Below are positions 19,488 through 29,106 of a DNA stretch of 64,000 nt, one piece after another. Made by a program: the position numbers and the translations under genes. Every line of letters starts with the position of its first letter. The first letter of the stretch is position 1. This DNA is from Candidatus Xenobia bacterium. GTDB taxonomy: Bacteria > Vulcanimicrobiota > Xenobia > Xenobiales > QWHO01. The notes under the pieces were generated by a model. That model saw only the letters and a program-made list of their open reading frames with translations. It had not been told where the DNA came from and did no database searches. The DNA is taken from positions 32,001 through 96,000 of the forward strand of contig BTUM01000017.1 of the NCBI GenBank assembly GCA_045863235.1, written 5' to 3'.

Positions 19488-19850
19488 ATGGCAGGAAGCC
19501 GCCTCGCCTACTCGCTGGCCTTTCTGCTCTTGCTGACGGTCGAGGTCGCCATCGCCCTGTTCGTGCGCGACCGATTCGTCCGCCCTCTGGTGGGCGACAT
19601 GCTGGTGGTCATCCTGCTCTACTGCCTGCTCCAGGCGATCTTCCTGGTCCGGCCTGCGGCCGGGGCGCTGGGAGTGTTTCTCTTCGCCTGCCTGATCGAA
19701 GGTCTACAGGCCCTGAGCTACGCCGCCTGGCTGGGGGTGGACCACATCGGCTGGGCGAGGGTCGTGCTGGGAACGACCTTCTCCTGGATGGACCTGGTGG
19801 CCTACGCGGTGGGTTGCGCTCTGCTGCGGCTGGACCCGCGCTGGGTGTGA
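19488..19850 (+). CDS. DUF2809 family membrane protein
   Basis: EVAIALFVRDRFVRPLVGD...IEGLQ...VLGTTFSWMDLVAYAVG. Confidence 0.85.
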   Translation: MAGSRLAYSLAFLLLLTVEVAIALFVRDRFVRPLVGDMLVVILLYCLLQAIFLVRPAAGALGVFLFACLIEGLQALSYAAWLGVDHIGWARVVLGTTFSWMDLVAYAVGCALLRLDPRWV

Positions 19851-19854
19851 GCGC

Positions 19855-20985
19855 TCAGCCTTCTGGCTCGAGGTCATTCGGGGCGGGCTCCGGGACGCCC
19901 CCCGGCAACTCATCGTCCACCCAGGCCATGAAGAGCTGATAGCCGATGGAGAGGACGGTGGCCCCGATGAACATGCCGAGAAGACCGGCGGTGGCCATTC
20001 CGCCCAGGGCTCCCAGCAGCACGACCGGCATGGGGGCGTCCACCCCCCGGCCCAGGAGCAGCGGCTTGAGCAGGTTGTCCGCCATCCCCGCCACCAGCAG
20101 CAACAGGGTGAAAAAGAGGTTGTGCGCGGTGGAGTGTCCGCCGGCCATCCACAGGTAGGCCACGGCCGGGACGTTGACCAGAATCAGCGGCACCTGAGCG
20201 ACCCCCAGGATCAGGGCCAGAATTGTCAGGATCCCCGCAAAGGGTATGCCCGCCATCAACATCACCAGACCCGACAGAATCGCCTGAATGAAGGCCACAC
20301 CGATGACCCCGAGGGCTACGGCGCGAATGGTCGCGGTGCAGAGCTCGAACAGCGGCGCGCCCCGCTCGGGCCCGGCCAGGCGTACGGCGATACGCCTGGC
20401 CGCTCGCGCGCCTGCGACTCCATAGGCCATGATGACCCCGGCTACGATGAAGGAGAGAATGAATCCCAGCACGCCGCCCCCCAAGCTGGCCAGCATCAGG
20501 AGGACCTTCTTGAGGGCCGTGCCCAGCTCGGGCTGCATGCTCTGAAGCAGCCCGGGCAAGTCGTTCATTGCGCGCGTCCACAAATCGTGAAGCTGGTCGC
20601 CCAGGATGGGAATCCGGGTGAGACGGTCAGAGGGAGGCGGAATTTGCAAGGAATCGCTGTTGGCGGTCTGCACCAGCCCGCTGACCGACCCCGTCAGAGA
20701 GCTTGCCAGCACGACCGTCGGGGCGACGATCAGCACCAGGCCGAGCAAGACCAGAACGGTGGAGGCTCGTCCCTGCTTCTGGCCCAGAGCTGCGGCCAGG
20801 CGCTGGTGCAGGGGATAGAGCGTCACCGCCAGGATGAGCCCCCACAACATCAAGTTCATGAAAGGCGAGAAGATCGTGTAGCAGAAAGCGACCAGCCCCA
20901 GAATCGAGCCGAAGCGGATCAGCATCAACAGCAGTCTGGCAACCACTCGTTTCTCGATGTCGAGAAGCTCGTCACGTTCGAACAT
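19855..20985 (-). CDS. AI-2E family transporter (YdiK-like)
   Basis: Multi-TM; LMLWGLILAVTLYPL, DNLLKPLLLGRGVDAPM, GMFIGATVL; purine-rich SD before ATG 20985. Confidence 0.9.
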   Translation of the reverse strand: MFERDELLDIEKRVVARLLLMLIRFGSILGLVAFCYTIFSPFMNLMLWGLILAVTLYPLHQRLAAALGQKQGRASTVLVLLGLVLIVAPTVVLASSLTGSVSGLVQTANSDSLQIPPPSDRLTRIPILGDQLHDLWTRAMNDLPGLLQSMQPELGTALKKVLLMLASLGGGVLGFILSFIVAGVIMAYGVAGARAARRIAVRLAGPERGAPLFELCTATIRAVALGVIGVAFIQAILSGLVMLMAGIPFAGILTILALILGVAQVPLILVNVPAVAYLWMAGGHSTAHNLFFTLLLLVAGMADNLLKPLLLGRGVDAPMPVVLLGALGGMATAGLLGMFIGATVLSIGYQLFMAWVDDELPGGVPEPAPNDLEPEG

Positions 20986-21070
20986 GGTGCCCCTCTCTCG
21001 CGGCACGGGGCTCCATCTCCTCCCTGTGGCCTCGAAGGGGGAGCGCCGGCCCAAAAAGAAGGGTGCCAGC

Positions 21071-21487
21071 ATGGAGCTGACCCCCGAACTGAGAGACTTC
21101 CTTGATCGGGCAAATTTTGCCCACCTGTGCACCCTGCGCGCGGACGGCGGGCCCAAGTCCGATCCGGTCTGGATTGGCCGGGAAGGAGACCGGCTGCTGG
21201 TCGGGACGGGAGAGGCGACCCCCAAGTGCCAGAACACTTACCGCGATCCCCGAGTGGCCATCTCGGTGGTGGACATGCAAAACCCCTACGAGGTGCTCCA
21301 GATGCGGGGTCGGGTGGTGGAGCATCGCAACGACTCAGACCTGGTCATCATGGATGCCATCGCCGTCAAGTATACCGGACAGCCCTTTCCCTGGCGCAGT
21401 CCCGAGGGGCGGGTCGCGATGGTGATCGAGATCGAGCATGCCCGGCTGAACAGGCTGCCTTTTCAGCACAACCCGCAGAAGGTCTGA
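21071..21487 (+). CDS. PPOX-class putative F420-dependent oxidoreductase
   Basis: FAHLCTLRADGGPKSDPVW, KCQNTYRDPRVAISVVD..NPY, KYTGQPFP. Confidence 0.85.
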   Translation: MELTPELRDFLDRANFAHLCTLRADGGPKSDPVWIGREGDRLLVGTGEATPKCQNTYRDPRVAISVVDMQNPYEVLQMRGRVVEHRNDSDLVIMDAIAVKYTGQPFPWRSPEGRVAMVIEIEHARLNRLPFQHNPQKV

Positions 21488-21508
21488 AAGTGGGGTAGCA
21501 GCTGAAGG

Positions 21509-22273
21509 GTGAGCTGCCAGGTCGCGGAAGCATCCAGCATGCTGGGCCTGCTCCCTCTTCTTCTCCTGGCTCTCTGGCTCTTCGCGCAATGGTCGAGCCG
21601 CTGGGGGGCGACCGACGAGGAGGTCCACCAGACAATGCCTGGAGACGAGTATCTCGCCGATCGCTCCGAGCGGCGGGTGGTGATGACCCGGGCCATCAAC
21701 CTGAACGCCGAGCCGCAGGTCGTGTGGCCCTGGCTTGCCCAGCTCGGACGAGGGGCGGGCTACTACAGCTTCGATCTGCTCGACAATGGCGGGAAGGCCT
21801 CGGCCCGGCACATCGTGGGCTGGATCCCCCCTCCCCGGCTGGGGGATGCCGCGGCCATCGGGTACCTTCGCCATCTCGAGCCTGAACGCGCCCTGGTGTG
21901 GTGGGTGAAAGGGCTGACCTGGATGGGCGCCACCGCCCGGATGGTGATCGACATCCGACTCACTCCGACGCCCGCCGGGTCACGCCTGGTCATCCGCATC
22001 ACCGGCCAGGCAGGCGGCCTCACGGCAGCTCTGGCGCTGGGGCTCTTTCAGTTGATCGACGGCATCATGGCCATCCGCCAGCTGCTCGGCATCAAGCAGA
22101 GGGTGGAGCGTTACGGAGCTCGCACCAGCGACCCGGAGAGACCAGAGACGGGACAGCGGGATCAGTACCAGCTCTTCGAGACCATCTATGCTTGCGGAGA
22201 GCGTTGCGGGGTGGCGGGGAAGGAGGATGCCGCTCGCTGGCGGCAGGCGGCTTTGGAGGATGGAGTGCTCTGA
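21509..22273 (+). CDS. Hypothetical protein with SRPBCC-like domain
   Basis: WGATDEE....PGD and TRAINLNAEPQVVWPWLAQLGRGAGYYSFDLLDN resemble a widespread SRPBCC-like family; start could be ATG 21539. Confidence 0.75.
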   Translation: MSCQVAEASSMLGLLPLLLLALWLFAQWSSRWGATDEEVHQTMPGDEYLADRSERRVVMTRAINLNAEPQVVWPWLAQLGRGAGYYSFDLLDNGGKASARHIVGWIPPPRLGDAAAIGYLRHLEPERALVWWVKGLTWMGATARMVIDIRLTPTPAGSRLVIRITGQAGGLTAALALGLFQLIDGIMAIRQLLGIKQRVERYGARTSDPERPETGQRDQYQLFETIYACGERCGVAGKEDAARWRQAALEDGVL

Positions 22274-22315
22274 TTCTGGACACGTTCGCCCGGGGCAAAC
22301 CAGAGCCGGGCAACG

Positions 22316-22349
22316 AAAGACGGGAGACCGTGATTGGTCTCCCGTCTTT
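22316..22349. terminator. Bidirectional intrinsic terminator
   Basis: Perfect 14-bp inverted repeat AAAGACGGGAGACC-N6-GGTCTCCCGTCTTT between convergent genes. Confidence 0.8.
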
Positions 22350-22369
22350 AGCTCGCCCGGGAGCGAAGG

Positions 22370-23359
22370 TTAGCCCTGAGGCAACCTCTGCTGGGGCGGA
22401 TGGGCCGCCACCGGCATCGGAGGCATCATAGGCGGGGCCGGCTGCGCCGGCCGGTCAGAACCAGACGGGAGGCTGGAGAGCAGGTTGATCATCGTGTCAG
22501 CCCGTCCCCCGGCCGGGATGATCGTCAGGTCGGCCCCCTCGGCTTCGAGCAGCCGCTGGGTTTCCAGAATCTCGAACATGACCTGGACAATCTCGGGCTC
22601 TTCGGCGATTTCGTTGAGCGCGCCGCCCACGATCTGCGGACGCAGAGCCGCGGCTTTGGCGAACTCGACTGCAGCCTGGCGCTCGGCCGAGGAAGTGATC
22701 AAGTTGACCTGGTTGGCGCCGTCCTGTCGAATGGCGCTGGTGACCTGGCGCAACCGGGTGACCACCTTGATCTCGATCTCGCGCAGCATGCCGCGATCAC
22801 GGAAGTGCACCTTGCGGATGTAGACCGAGCCGACCTTGTAACCCCACTGGTGGGACTGAGGCGAAACCTCGGCCCGCACGGTGCGGCTCATCTGGTGGCG
22901 GTTTTCCAGCATGTTGGCCAGCTTCATATTGGACAGGCAGCGCACGGCCGCGCTCGAGACGCTGGCCCGCAGCGAGCCACGCGGATCGGTGTTCTTGAAG
23001 AGGTAATTGACGGGGTCGGAGATGTACATCTCATACCACACGCCGATCCCCATCGGAGCTCCCTCCTCGGAGTTCACCGGCACGCCGCGCAGATACTCCT
23101 GATCAAGCCGCAAATCGACCACGTAGCACTTGCCGAAGAAGTTGATCAGCAGGGCGTCCAGGCCGAGCTTGGCGGGCAAGAAGTAGAAGCCAGGCTCGTC
23201 GATGGCGCCTTTGACCTGACCCCAGAGGGTGTAGATGCGGCAGGTGCGCTCCTGCACCACCACATAGAGGCCGAAGAACCGGGCGAAGCCCAGCAGCACC
23301 TCAACGCCGATGAAGAAGAAGATGAAACTGGAGAAGGCGAAGCCGATCGTCTCACCCAT
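22370..23359 (-). CDS. SPFH/Band-7 domain protein (second of pair)
   Basis: N-terminal TM, EPGFYF, VNSEEGAPM, ISDPVNYLF, YIRKVHF and a coiled-coil; Pro-rich tail; 8-nt overlap with the upstream SPFH gene. Confidence 0.9.
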   Translation of the reverse strand: MGETIGFAFSSFIFFFIGVEVLLGFARFFGLYVVVQERTCRIYTLWGQVKGAIDEPGFYFLPAKLGLDALLINFFGKCYVVDLRLDQEYLRGVPVNSEEGAPMGIGVWYEMYISDPVNYLFKNTDPRGSLRASVSSAAVRCLSNMKLANMLENRHQMSRTVRAEVSPQSHQWGYKVGSVYIRKVHFRDRGMLREIEIKVVTRLRQVTSAIRQDGANQVNLITSSAERQAAVEFAKAAALRPQIVGGALNEIAEEPEIVQVMFEILETQRLLEAEGADLTIIPAGGRADTMINLLSSLPSGSDRPAQPAPPMMPPMPVAAHPPQQRLPQG

Positions 23360-24326
23360 GGTGGGCCTCCAGAATGACCCGGCGAGCTTTGCGCAGCAGG
23401 CCGAGTCGCAGATTCTTCACGTAGAGGGACAGGGCGTTGGGACCGTGCTTCTTCAAATCGCGCAGCTGCAGTGCCAGAGCTCGGAGCGGCTCGACCTCGG
23501 CCTGGGCGCGCAGGGTCTCGATCTCGACCGCGCGCCTGGACTGGACGATCTTCTGATCGGCCGAAGCCTGAGCCACGCTGATCTCGGAAGAAACGTGGTT
23601 GTGAGCGGTGTTGATGGCGGCCAGGGCCGAGTCGACCTCCTGGGGAGGGTCGATGCCGGTGATCAGGGCGTCCTCCAGGATAATGCCATAGCGATCTTCG
23701 GAGGCCTTGCACTCAGCCACCATATGGGCGTTGATGTCGCTCAGGTTCTTGCGCAGGTCGTTGATGGAGATGCCCTCGACGCGCTGCTCATGGTGCTCGC
23801 CACCCGGGATCATCGGCTCGCTCGGCGCTTCGAAGTTGGCGATCTTCTCGCGCAGAATCGAGTGGATGAAGCCCATGATGTGTGCCCTCGGGTTCTTGAT
23901 CCCGAAGACGTAGCCGTAGAGGTTGTTCTCGGAGACTTTGTAGCGAATCTGACCGGTCAGGCCCACGTTGAGCTGGTCCTTGGTGACCGCTTCGAGCACT
24001 TGCCCGCCCTGATTGACGCTGGGATCCTGGGGGTCGTAGCCGATACTGACCGTCTCCGTGGCGATGTTGACCTTATAGACCGACTCCCAGGGCATCTTGA
24101 AGTATGGTCCTCCGGGCGGGATGATCTTGACCCGGGGGAAGTTGTAGCGCTCCATCTCCTCTTCGGTCAGATTGGCGCTGTCAATGGCCGGGCCTTCTCG
24201 TTCGGCCCGTCCCCACACAGTTTTCACGGCTCGCTCGTTCTGCTCGACCGTGTAGATTCCGAAGAGAACGTAACGGACGATGAACCAGCCGGCAAAACCG
24301 AGCATGATTCCTATCAAAGCACCCAT
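23352..24326 (-). CDS. SPFH/Band-7 domain protein (first of pair)
   Basis: GIYTVEQNERAVKTVWG, GGPYFKMPW, AVTKDQLNVGL, LITGIDPPQEVDSALAAIN; AAGGAAAGG SD. Confidence 0.9.
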   Translation of the reverse strand: MGALIGIMLGFAGWFIVRYVLFGIYTVEQNERAVKTVWGRAEREGPAIDSANLTEEEMERYNFPRVKIIPPGGPYFKMPWESVYKVNIATETVSIGYDPQDPSVNQGGQVLEAVTKDQLNVGLTGQIRYKVSENNLYGYVFGIKNPRAHIMGFIHSILREKIANFEAPSEPMIPGGEHHEQRVEGISINDLRKNLSDINAHMVAECKASEDRYGIILEDALITGIDPPQEVDSALAAINTAHNHVSSEISVAQASADQKIVQSRRAVEIETLRAQAEVEPLRALALQLRDLKKHGPNALSLYVKNLRLGLLRKARRVILEAHHG

Positions 24327-24372
24327 ACTGGCCCCCTTTCCTTATGTTGAGGATAGAAGGCCGGTAGAGCCC

Positions 24373-25491
24373 CTATTCCTCGGGTATCCCTCTTTGCAGT
24401 TTGAGTCGATTGCCGATCAGCACCTTCCAGGTGCCATCGGGTTGCATGCGCTCGAGATGGTTGACCATCCAGCTGCGCACCTCGCGTCCGTCGGGCTCGG
24501 TGACCACGATGTGGACCGCTCCCACCCGGTAGGTATTGCCGTCGTAGACAATGTTGTGTTTGTCGTCCTCGGCGTAGACCACCGGGCCGCGCCACGAGGC
24601 GATGTTGTAATAGAAGGTCTGGGCATCTTGCAGCTTGACCTTGGCTCCCTTGGGCATCTCGCGAACGGGCTGAGCAGCCTTGGGGTAGACCTCGGTCTGC
24701 CAGATTCGTTTCTGAATCTGGTCGCTGAGCTGGTTGATCATGGAGTCCTGGGACCGGATCGCCTCGGGGAGTTGCACGGCCTGGCCAGGCGTGACCACGA
24801 AGATCTCCTTGTCGGCCAGGGCCGGCTCCTTGGTGGGGGCATAGGGAGACTTGCCCGTGCCGGAGGGAGACTTGCCTGGCGAGGGCGACTTGCTCGCACC
24901 CGGAGAAGGAGAAGGCGATGGCGACCCGCTCGTCATCGTCATGGCCGGAATAGCCTCTCCCTTGAGCAGCGCCTCGGACTCGGCCGCCGCCAGGTAATCG
25001 AGGGCCCGGGTAGCCTCGGTCGAGTCGGGGGCCAGGTCGAGAACATTCTTGGCGTGAAAGTAGGCCTCCGAGTGCACCGAGGGTCCATCTTCCAGATTGC
25101 CCTTCGACAGCATCAGATAGAACTGTACCTCGGCATCGTCCGGATTCTGCTCGGCCGCCTGCGACAGCAAAGGAAGAGCCTTCTCCCAGCCCTTCGCCAG
25201 GGCCAGGTCGACGCCTTTGCGTTTCAGCACGTCGTACTCGCTCAACGACTGACGCACAACCGGACCGTAATCTCCAGGCGTGTGCTCGGGACCGGTATAT
25301 TGAGGGACCGGCGTGGGCGAAGCACTGGCCGAAGGCGACGGCGAGGGGGATTTTGAGGGTGAAGCCTTGCTCGGTGTCGGCGATGGCGAAGGCGCCGGAC
25401 TCGAGCCGCAACCGGCCGACCAGAGGCTGACAGCCAGGCACAGCGCGAGGGCAGATTTGGTCCACGGTCTTGCGAGCAAGTCTCTCTCCAT
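24373..25491 (-). CDS. Lipoprotein with TPR segment and Ser/Pro linkers
   Basis: Lipobox SAG-C; two SP-rich linkers; TPR-like GWEKALPLLSQAAEQNPDDAEVQFYL; GGAGG SD. Confidence 0.85.
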   Translation of the reverse strand: MERDLLARPWTKSALALCLAVSLWSAGCGSSPAPSPSPTPSKASPSKSPSPSPSASASPTPVPQYTGPEHTPGDYGPVVRQSLSEYDVLKRKGVDLALAKGWEKALPLLSQAAEQNPDDAEVQFYLMLSKGNLEDGPSVHSEAYFHAKNVLDLAPDSTEATRALDYLAAAESEALLKGEAIPAMTMTSGSPSPSPSPGASKSPSPGKSPSGTGKSPYAPTKEPALADKEIFVVTPGQAVQLPEAIRSQDSMINQLSDQIQKRIWQTEVYPKAAQPVREMPKGAKVKLQDAQTFYYNIASWRGPVVYAEDDKHNIVYDGNTYRVGAVHIVVTEPDGREVRSWMVNHLERMQPDGTWKVLIGNRLKLQRGIPEE

Positions 25492-25698
25492 TCCCTACCT
25501 CCCCAGATGCTTGGATGTCCTTCAAGATCGGCTCATCGCAATCCTGGCGACAGGTCGGGGTAACCAGGTCCTTCTTGTTCATACCCCGATTTTAACCGAT
25601 CCTCAGGCCCACACTCGCCACAGCGCAGGCCCGGCAGAGAAAGAGACGCCAGAACTGAAGGACTTCTTCCACCTCTACAGATCAAATGCTCTGCTACT

Positions 25699-25721
25699 TG
25701 ATGCAAAGTCCTCGAAGAGGG
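25699..25721. repeat. Repeat family E copy
   Basis: TGATGCAAAGTCCTCGAAGAGGG identical (23 bp) to 61620-61642. Confidence 0.8.
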
Positions 25722-25739
25722 GATCAACGCGCGGGCGCC

Positions 25740-26645
25740 TTATCGTCTCGTGGGTGGCTGAGCGCCCGACGTCAACTCGCCCAGATTCAACAGCGGCGTG
25801 GCACCCCCGGAGACCTTCGGGAGTTCCCCGTTCCACTTCTCGATCGCTTTCATCTGGGCCTCGATGGCTTTCAGGCGAATGATCTCGTCGTTGACGTTCT
25901 GGCGCAGCAGTTTCTGCTCTTCCGCCTGGCCCTGAGCGCGGGCCACGGTGGAGTCACGTTCGCCTTGCGCCCGGGTGATGGAGATTTCGGCCTCCTTCTT
26001 GGCCTGCTGCAACTCGTAGTTCTTCTTGAGCGCCTCCTGCTCGGCGACCTGTTTGGCCTCAATGGCGCGCGCGAACTCAGGCGAAAACTTGAAGTCGGTA
26101 ATGGAGAAATCATCCACCAGAATGTGAAACTTCTCCAGCCTGGAGGTCAGAATCTCTTGCGCCTTGTTCTTCACCTCGGGGCGCTTGGCGATGAGATCGG
26201 TGGCATTGTATTCTGCAGTGACGGCTTTGATGCTCTCCTGCACCGATGGCTCGATCAACTTGGCCCCATACTCGTCTCCGACTTGCTGGTAGGTGAGAGC
26301 GACGCGTTCCGGATCGAGGTGGTAGTTGATCACGACCTGGACGGCGACCTGCTGCAGGTCTTTCGAAGCGGCAGAAGCCTCCATCTGGCGCTTGTCGACC
26401 CGCACCGACATGGAATGGATGCTCTGAACCAGAGGCATCATGAAATGCAGGCCCTCACCCAGGTTCTTCTTGGTATCGACCCCTGAGAAAGTATTGAACA
26501 CCACTCCGCGGTGACCGGCCGGTACGATCGAGAAGGGCTTGAGAATCATGGCCGCGACCAGCCCCACAATGACGACGACCAACCAGAAAATGAACTTCAG
26601 CCCGGGCAGAACGCCCGGCTCTGAATCCTCCTTCGACCTGGACAC
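25740..26645 (-). CDS. Prohibitin-like SPFH protein
   Basis: VPAGHRGVVFN, LGEGLHF, SKDLQQV, FSPEFARAIEAKQVAEQEA, EKWNGELP; GGGAGG SD. Confidence 0.92.
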   Translation of the reverse strand: MSRSKEDSEPGVLPGLKFIFWLVVVIVGLVAAMILKPFSIVPAGHRGVVFNTFSGVDTKKNLGEGLHFMMPLVQSIHSMSVRVDKRQMEASAASKDLQQVAVQVVINYHLDPERVALTYQQVGDEYGAKLIEPSVQESIKAVTAEYNATDLIAKRPEVKNKAQEILTSRLEKFHILVDDFSITDFKFSPEFARAIEAKQVAEQEALKKNYELQQAKKEAEISITRAQGERDSTVARAQGQAEEQKLLRQNVNDEIIRLKAIEAQMKAIEKWNGELPKVSGGATPLLNLGELTSGAQPPTRR

Positions 26646-26678
26646 AGCCTTGAAGACCTCCCTTTCGTAGTCTCCCTA

Positions 26679-26731
26679 AAGAAAACAAGAACCCGACCGG
26701 GTCTGCTGGAAGGATGCCAGCGCCGGGTCGG
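26679..26731 (-). terminator. Probable terminator after ygeY
   Basis: CCCGACC..GG...CCGGTCGGG stem followed on the minus strand by TTCTTGTTTTCTTT. Confidence 0.6.
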
Positions 26732-26782
26732 GCTCGCGAGCCCGGGCGGGAGCCCGGAAACTCAACCAGATCATCTGGTCTG

Positions 26783-28000
26783 TCAGGGAATCAGGGCCGC
26801 GACAACGGCATAAAACTCGGTCGCCTTGACCACATCATCCAGGCTCACCGAATCGAGCACCGTGTGAGCGGTGACCTCATCACCCGGCCCGAAGCCGATC
26901 GAAGGAATCCCGGCCTTGCCCATCCAGTAGGTCCCGTTGGTCGAGAAGCTCCATTTACTGCTGTCGGCGTGGTCGTAGCCGATGAGGTCACGGGCCCTCT
27001 GCCCGGCCTCGACCAGCGGATGATCGGGATCCAGGGCCCAGGCCGGATAGTACTTGTCCACCGGGAAGACAAAGCCCGTGTAGCTGGGATCATCGTAGAA
27101 GAGCATTTCCACGGTAATGTCGCCCTTGGCCAGGTTCTCCTTGGGGATCAACCGGCGCACCTGCTCGATGGCCTCTTCGGCTGACTCACCGAAGGTGACC
27201 CGGCGGTCGATGTAAACGGTGCACTCGTTAGGCACGGCGTTCAGGCTGGGGGTCACCACGTGCACGTCGCTCACGGTAATCTTGCCCTTGCCAAGGAACT
27301 CGTGGTCACCAAGCTGGGGCTCCATCTTCGAGATGGCATCGATGATAGGCAATACCTTGTAGACCGCATTGTCGCCCAGGTGGTTGGAGGCGGCATGGGC
27401 GCTCTTCCCTTTGGCAACCACCTTCATCTCCACGCGACCTTTGTGGCCTCGATAGACCAGCATTTTCGTAGGCTCGCCCACGATGACGAAATCAGGTCGA
27501 ATGCCTTCGTGCTCGACGAAGGCGTGGGGGGCGATTCCGTCGCACCACTCCTCCATGTTCCCAAAGTAGTACGCAGTCCAGCCGTCCAACAACCCGAGTT
27601 TCTTGGCGATGGCCAGGCCATAGACCATGCCCGGCGTGCTGCCCTTCTCGTCGCAGGCACCTCGGGCATAGAGAATGCCGTCTTCCACCTTTCCCTGGAA
27701 GGGATCCCACTTCCATTCTGCGGGGTCACCTACATCCACCGTGTCGATGTGGCTGTCCATGACGATCTTGCGGGGACCGTCGCCGATCTGCCCGACGATG
27801 TTGCCCATGGAGTCAAACCAGGTCTTGTCAAAGCCCAGTTTCTTCATCTCGGCCTCGATGCGCAGGCCGACCTCCTTGATCTGGCAGCGCATGGAAGGGA
27901 TGGCGCAAATCTCGCGCATGAACTTGATGATGTCTTCTCGGTGCCTGGCGACCTCGCCTTGCACGGCAGCAACGTTGATGGGGGGTGCGGACTGAGGCAT
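26783..28000 (-). CDS. ygeY: YgeY family M20 metallohydrolase
   Basis: DSHIDTVD, ARGACDEKG, EEWCDG, YRGHKGRVEM, KWSFSTNG, IGFGPGDE..AH; GAGGA SD. Confidence 0.88.
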   Translation of the reverse strand: MPQSAPPINVAAVQGEVARHREDIIKFMREICAIPSMRCQIKEVGLRIEAEMKKLGFDKTWFDSMGNIVGQIGDGPRKIVMDSHIDTVDVGDPAEWKWDPFQGKVEDGILYARGACDEKGSTPGMVYGLAIAKKLGLLDGWTAYYFGNMEEWCDGIAPHAFVEHEGIRPDFVIVGEPTKMLVYRGHKGRVEMKVVAKGKSAHAASNHLGDNAVYKVLPIIDAISKMEPQLGDHEFLGKGKITVSDVHVVTPSLNAVPNECTVYIDRRVTFGESAEEAIEQVRRLIPKENLAKGDITVEMLFYDDPSYTGFVFPVDKYYPAWALDPDHPLVEAGQRARDLIGYDHADSSKWSFSTNGTYWMGKAGIPSIGFGPGDEVTAHTVLDSVSLDDVVKATEFYAVVAALIP

Positions 28001-28065
28001 GGAAGTTTCCTCGTTTCTTGCAGGATGAGGCACTCGCTGGTTCCTTGAGCCGGCGGCCAGTTCCT

Positions 28066-28836
28066 TCAAACGTCCAGAACGGCCCAAACCGGGGTGTGAT
28101 CGGAGGGCCGGGTCCAGCCACGAGGAGCGGTGTCGATGTCGCAGTCGGTGCAGTGCGCTGCCAACTCGGGAGTGGCCAGCAGGTGGTCGATGCGGAGCCC
28201 ATCGTTTTTCTTGAAGGTACGAGGGCTGTAGTCCCACCAACTGTAGCGGCCGCTCTCGCTGTGATGAGAGCGAAAAAGGTCCCTCAGGCCCCACCTCTTC
28301 AGGGCCTCAAACGAAGCCCGACCGGCAGGGTGACAGAGCACGCTCTGGGCCCAGATATCGGGCCGGTAACAGTCGTTGTCCTCAGGGGCAATGTTGAAAT
28401 CGCCTCCCAACAACAAACGGTCAGCGGGGGTGAATCGCTCCAGGTAATTGCGCAATCGACCCAACCAGGCCAGTTTGTACTCCCACTTCTCGCTGCCCAC
28501 CGAAACGCCGTTTGGGACATAGCAGGAGATCACCTTGAGGCGCCCGTCGATGGTGGCCTGAAGAAAGCGCGCCTCTTCGTCAGCCGGGTCGCCGGGGAGG
28601 CTGCGCACCAAGTCGGAGGTGGGAAATCTGCTCACAATGGCCACGCCGTTGTAGGCCCGCTCGCCCACGGCCAGCGTCCGGTAACCGAGACCCTCCAGCT
28701 CGACCCAGGGGAAAAGATCTTCCTCGATCTTGGTTTCCTGCAACAACAGGACGTCGGTTCCGCTCTCCGACAACCAGCGCGACACGTGCTCAAGCCGAGC
28801 CCGAATCGAATTAACGTTCCAACAAGCGATCTTCAT
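28066..28836 (-). CDS. xth: Exodeoxyribonuclease III
   Basis: MKIACWNVNSIRAR, LQETK, YNGVAI, YVPNG, GDFNIAP, YSWWDY, GLRIDH, SDHTPV. Confidence 0.95.
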   Translation of the reverse strand: MKIACWNVNSIRARLEHVSRWLSESGTDVLLLQETKIEEDLFPWVELEGLGYRTLAVGERAYNGVAIVSRFPTSDLVRSLPGDPADEEARFLQATIDGRLKVISCYVPNGVSVGSEKWEYKLAWLGRLRNYLERFTPADRLLLGGDFNIAPEDNDCYRPDIWAQSVLCHPAGRASFEALKRWGLRDLFRSHHSESGRYSWWDYSPRTFKKNDGLRIDHLLATPELAAHCTDCDIDTAPRGWTRPSDHTPVWAVLDV

Positions 28837-28883
28837 GGAATGGTTCGCTCACGCATACGTTCCTCAGGTGTTGGGCGTTCCGG

Positions 28884-28980
28884 TCCGGCTGCGCGGCGCC
28901 CATACTGTGCTAGAAGCCCCGGCCGCCTCCAGACAACTTGTGACGGGGGCCACCACGGCCGGACTTCTACAGTCCGGCGC
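28884..28980 (+). repeat. Repeat family A copy (3' module, long hairpin)
   Basis: TCCGGCTGCGCGGCGCC-CATACTGTGCTAGAAG-CCCCGGCCGCCTCC matches 57203-57250 and 46875-46918; closed by CGGCCGGACTTCTACAGT. Confidence 0.8.
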
Positions 28981-29011
28981 ATTGACTGTGCGATGAATTC
29001 TAAACAGGTAG

Positions 29012-29106
29012 AACTTCCTCGCATCGCCCGTGCCACAACACTTTGGAAGCGGTTCGAAACAAGTTTCTCACCGCACGTTTCGTGGCACGGTCAATGCGAC
29101 GAAGTT
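29012..29106. repeat. 95-bp element bounded by 25-bp inverted repeats (MITE-like or long hairpin)
   Basis: 29012-29036 versus the reverse complement of 29082-29106: 22/25 identical. Confidence 0.7.

Noticed and set aside
22292..22335. GGCAAACC...GAAA resembling a c-di-GMP-I riboswitch
   Set aside because: Lacks the ACGCAAAG/P3 elements and lies between convergent gene ends; explained by the terminator hairpin.
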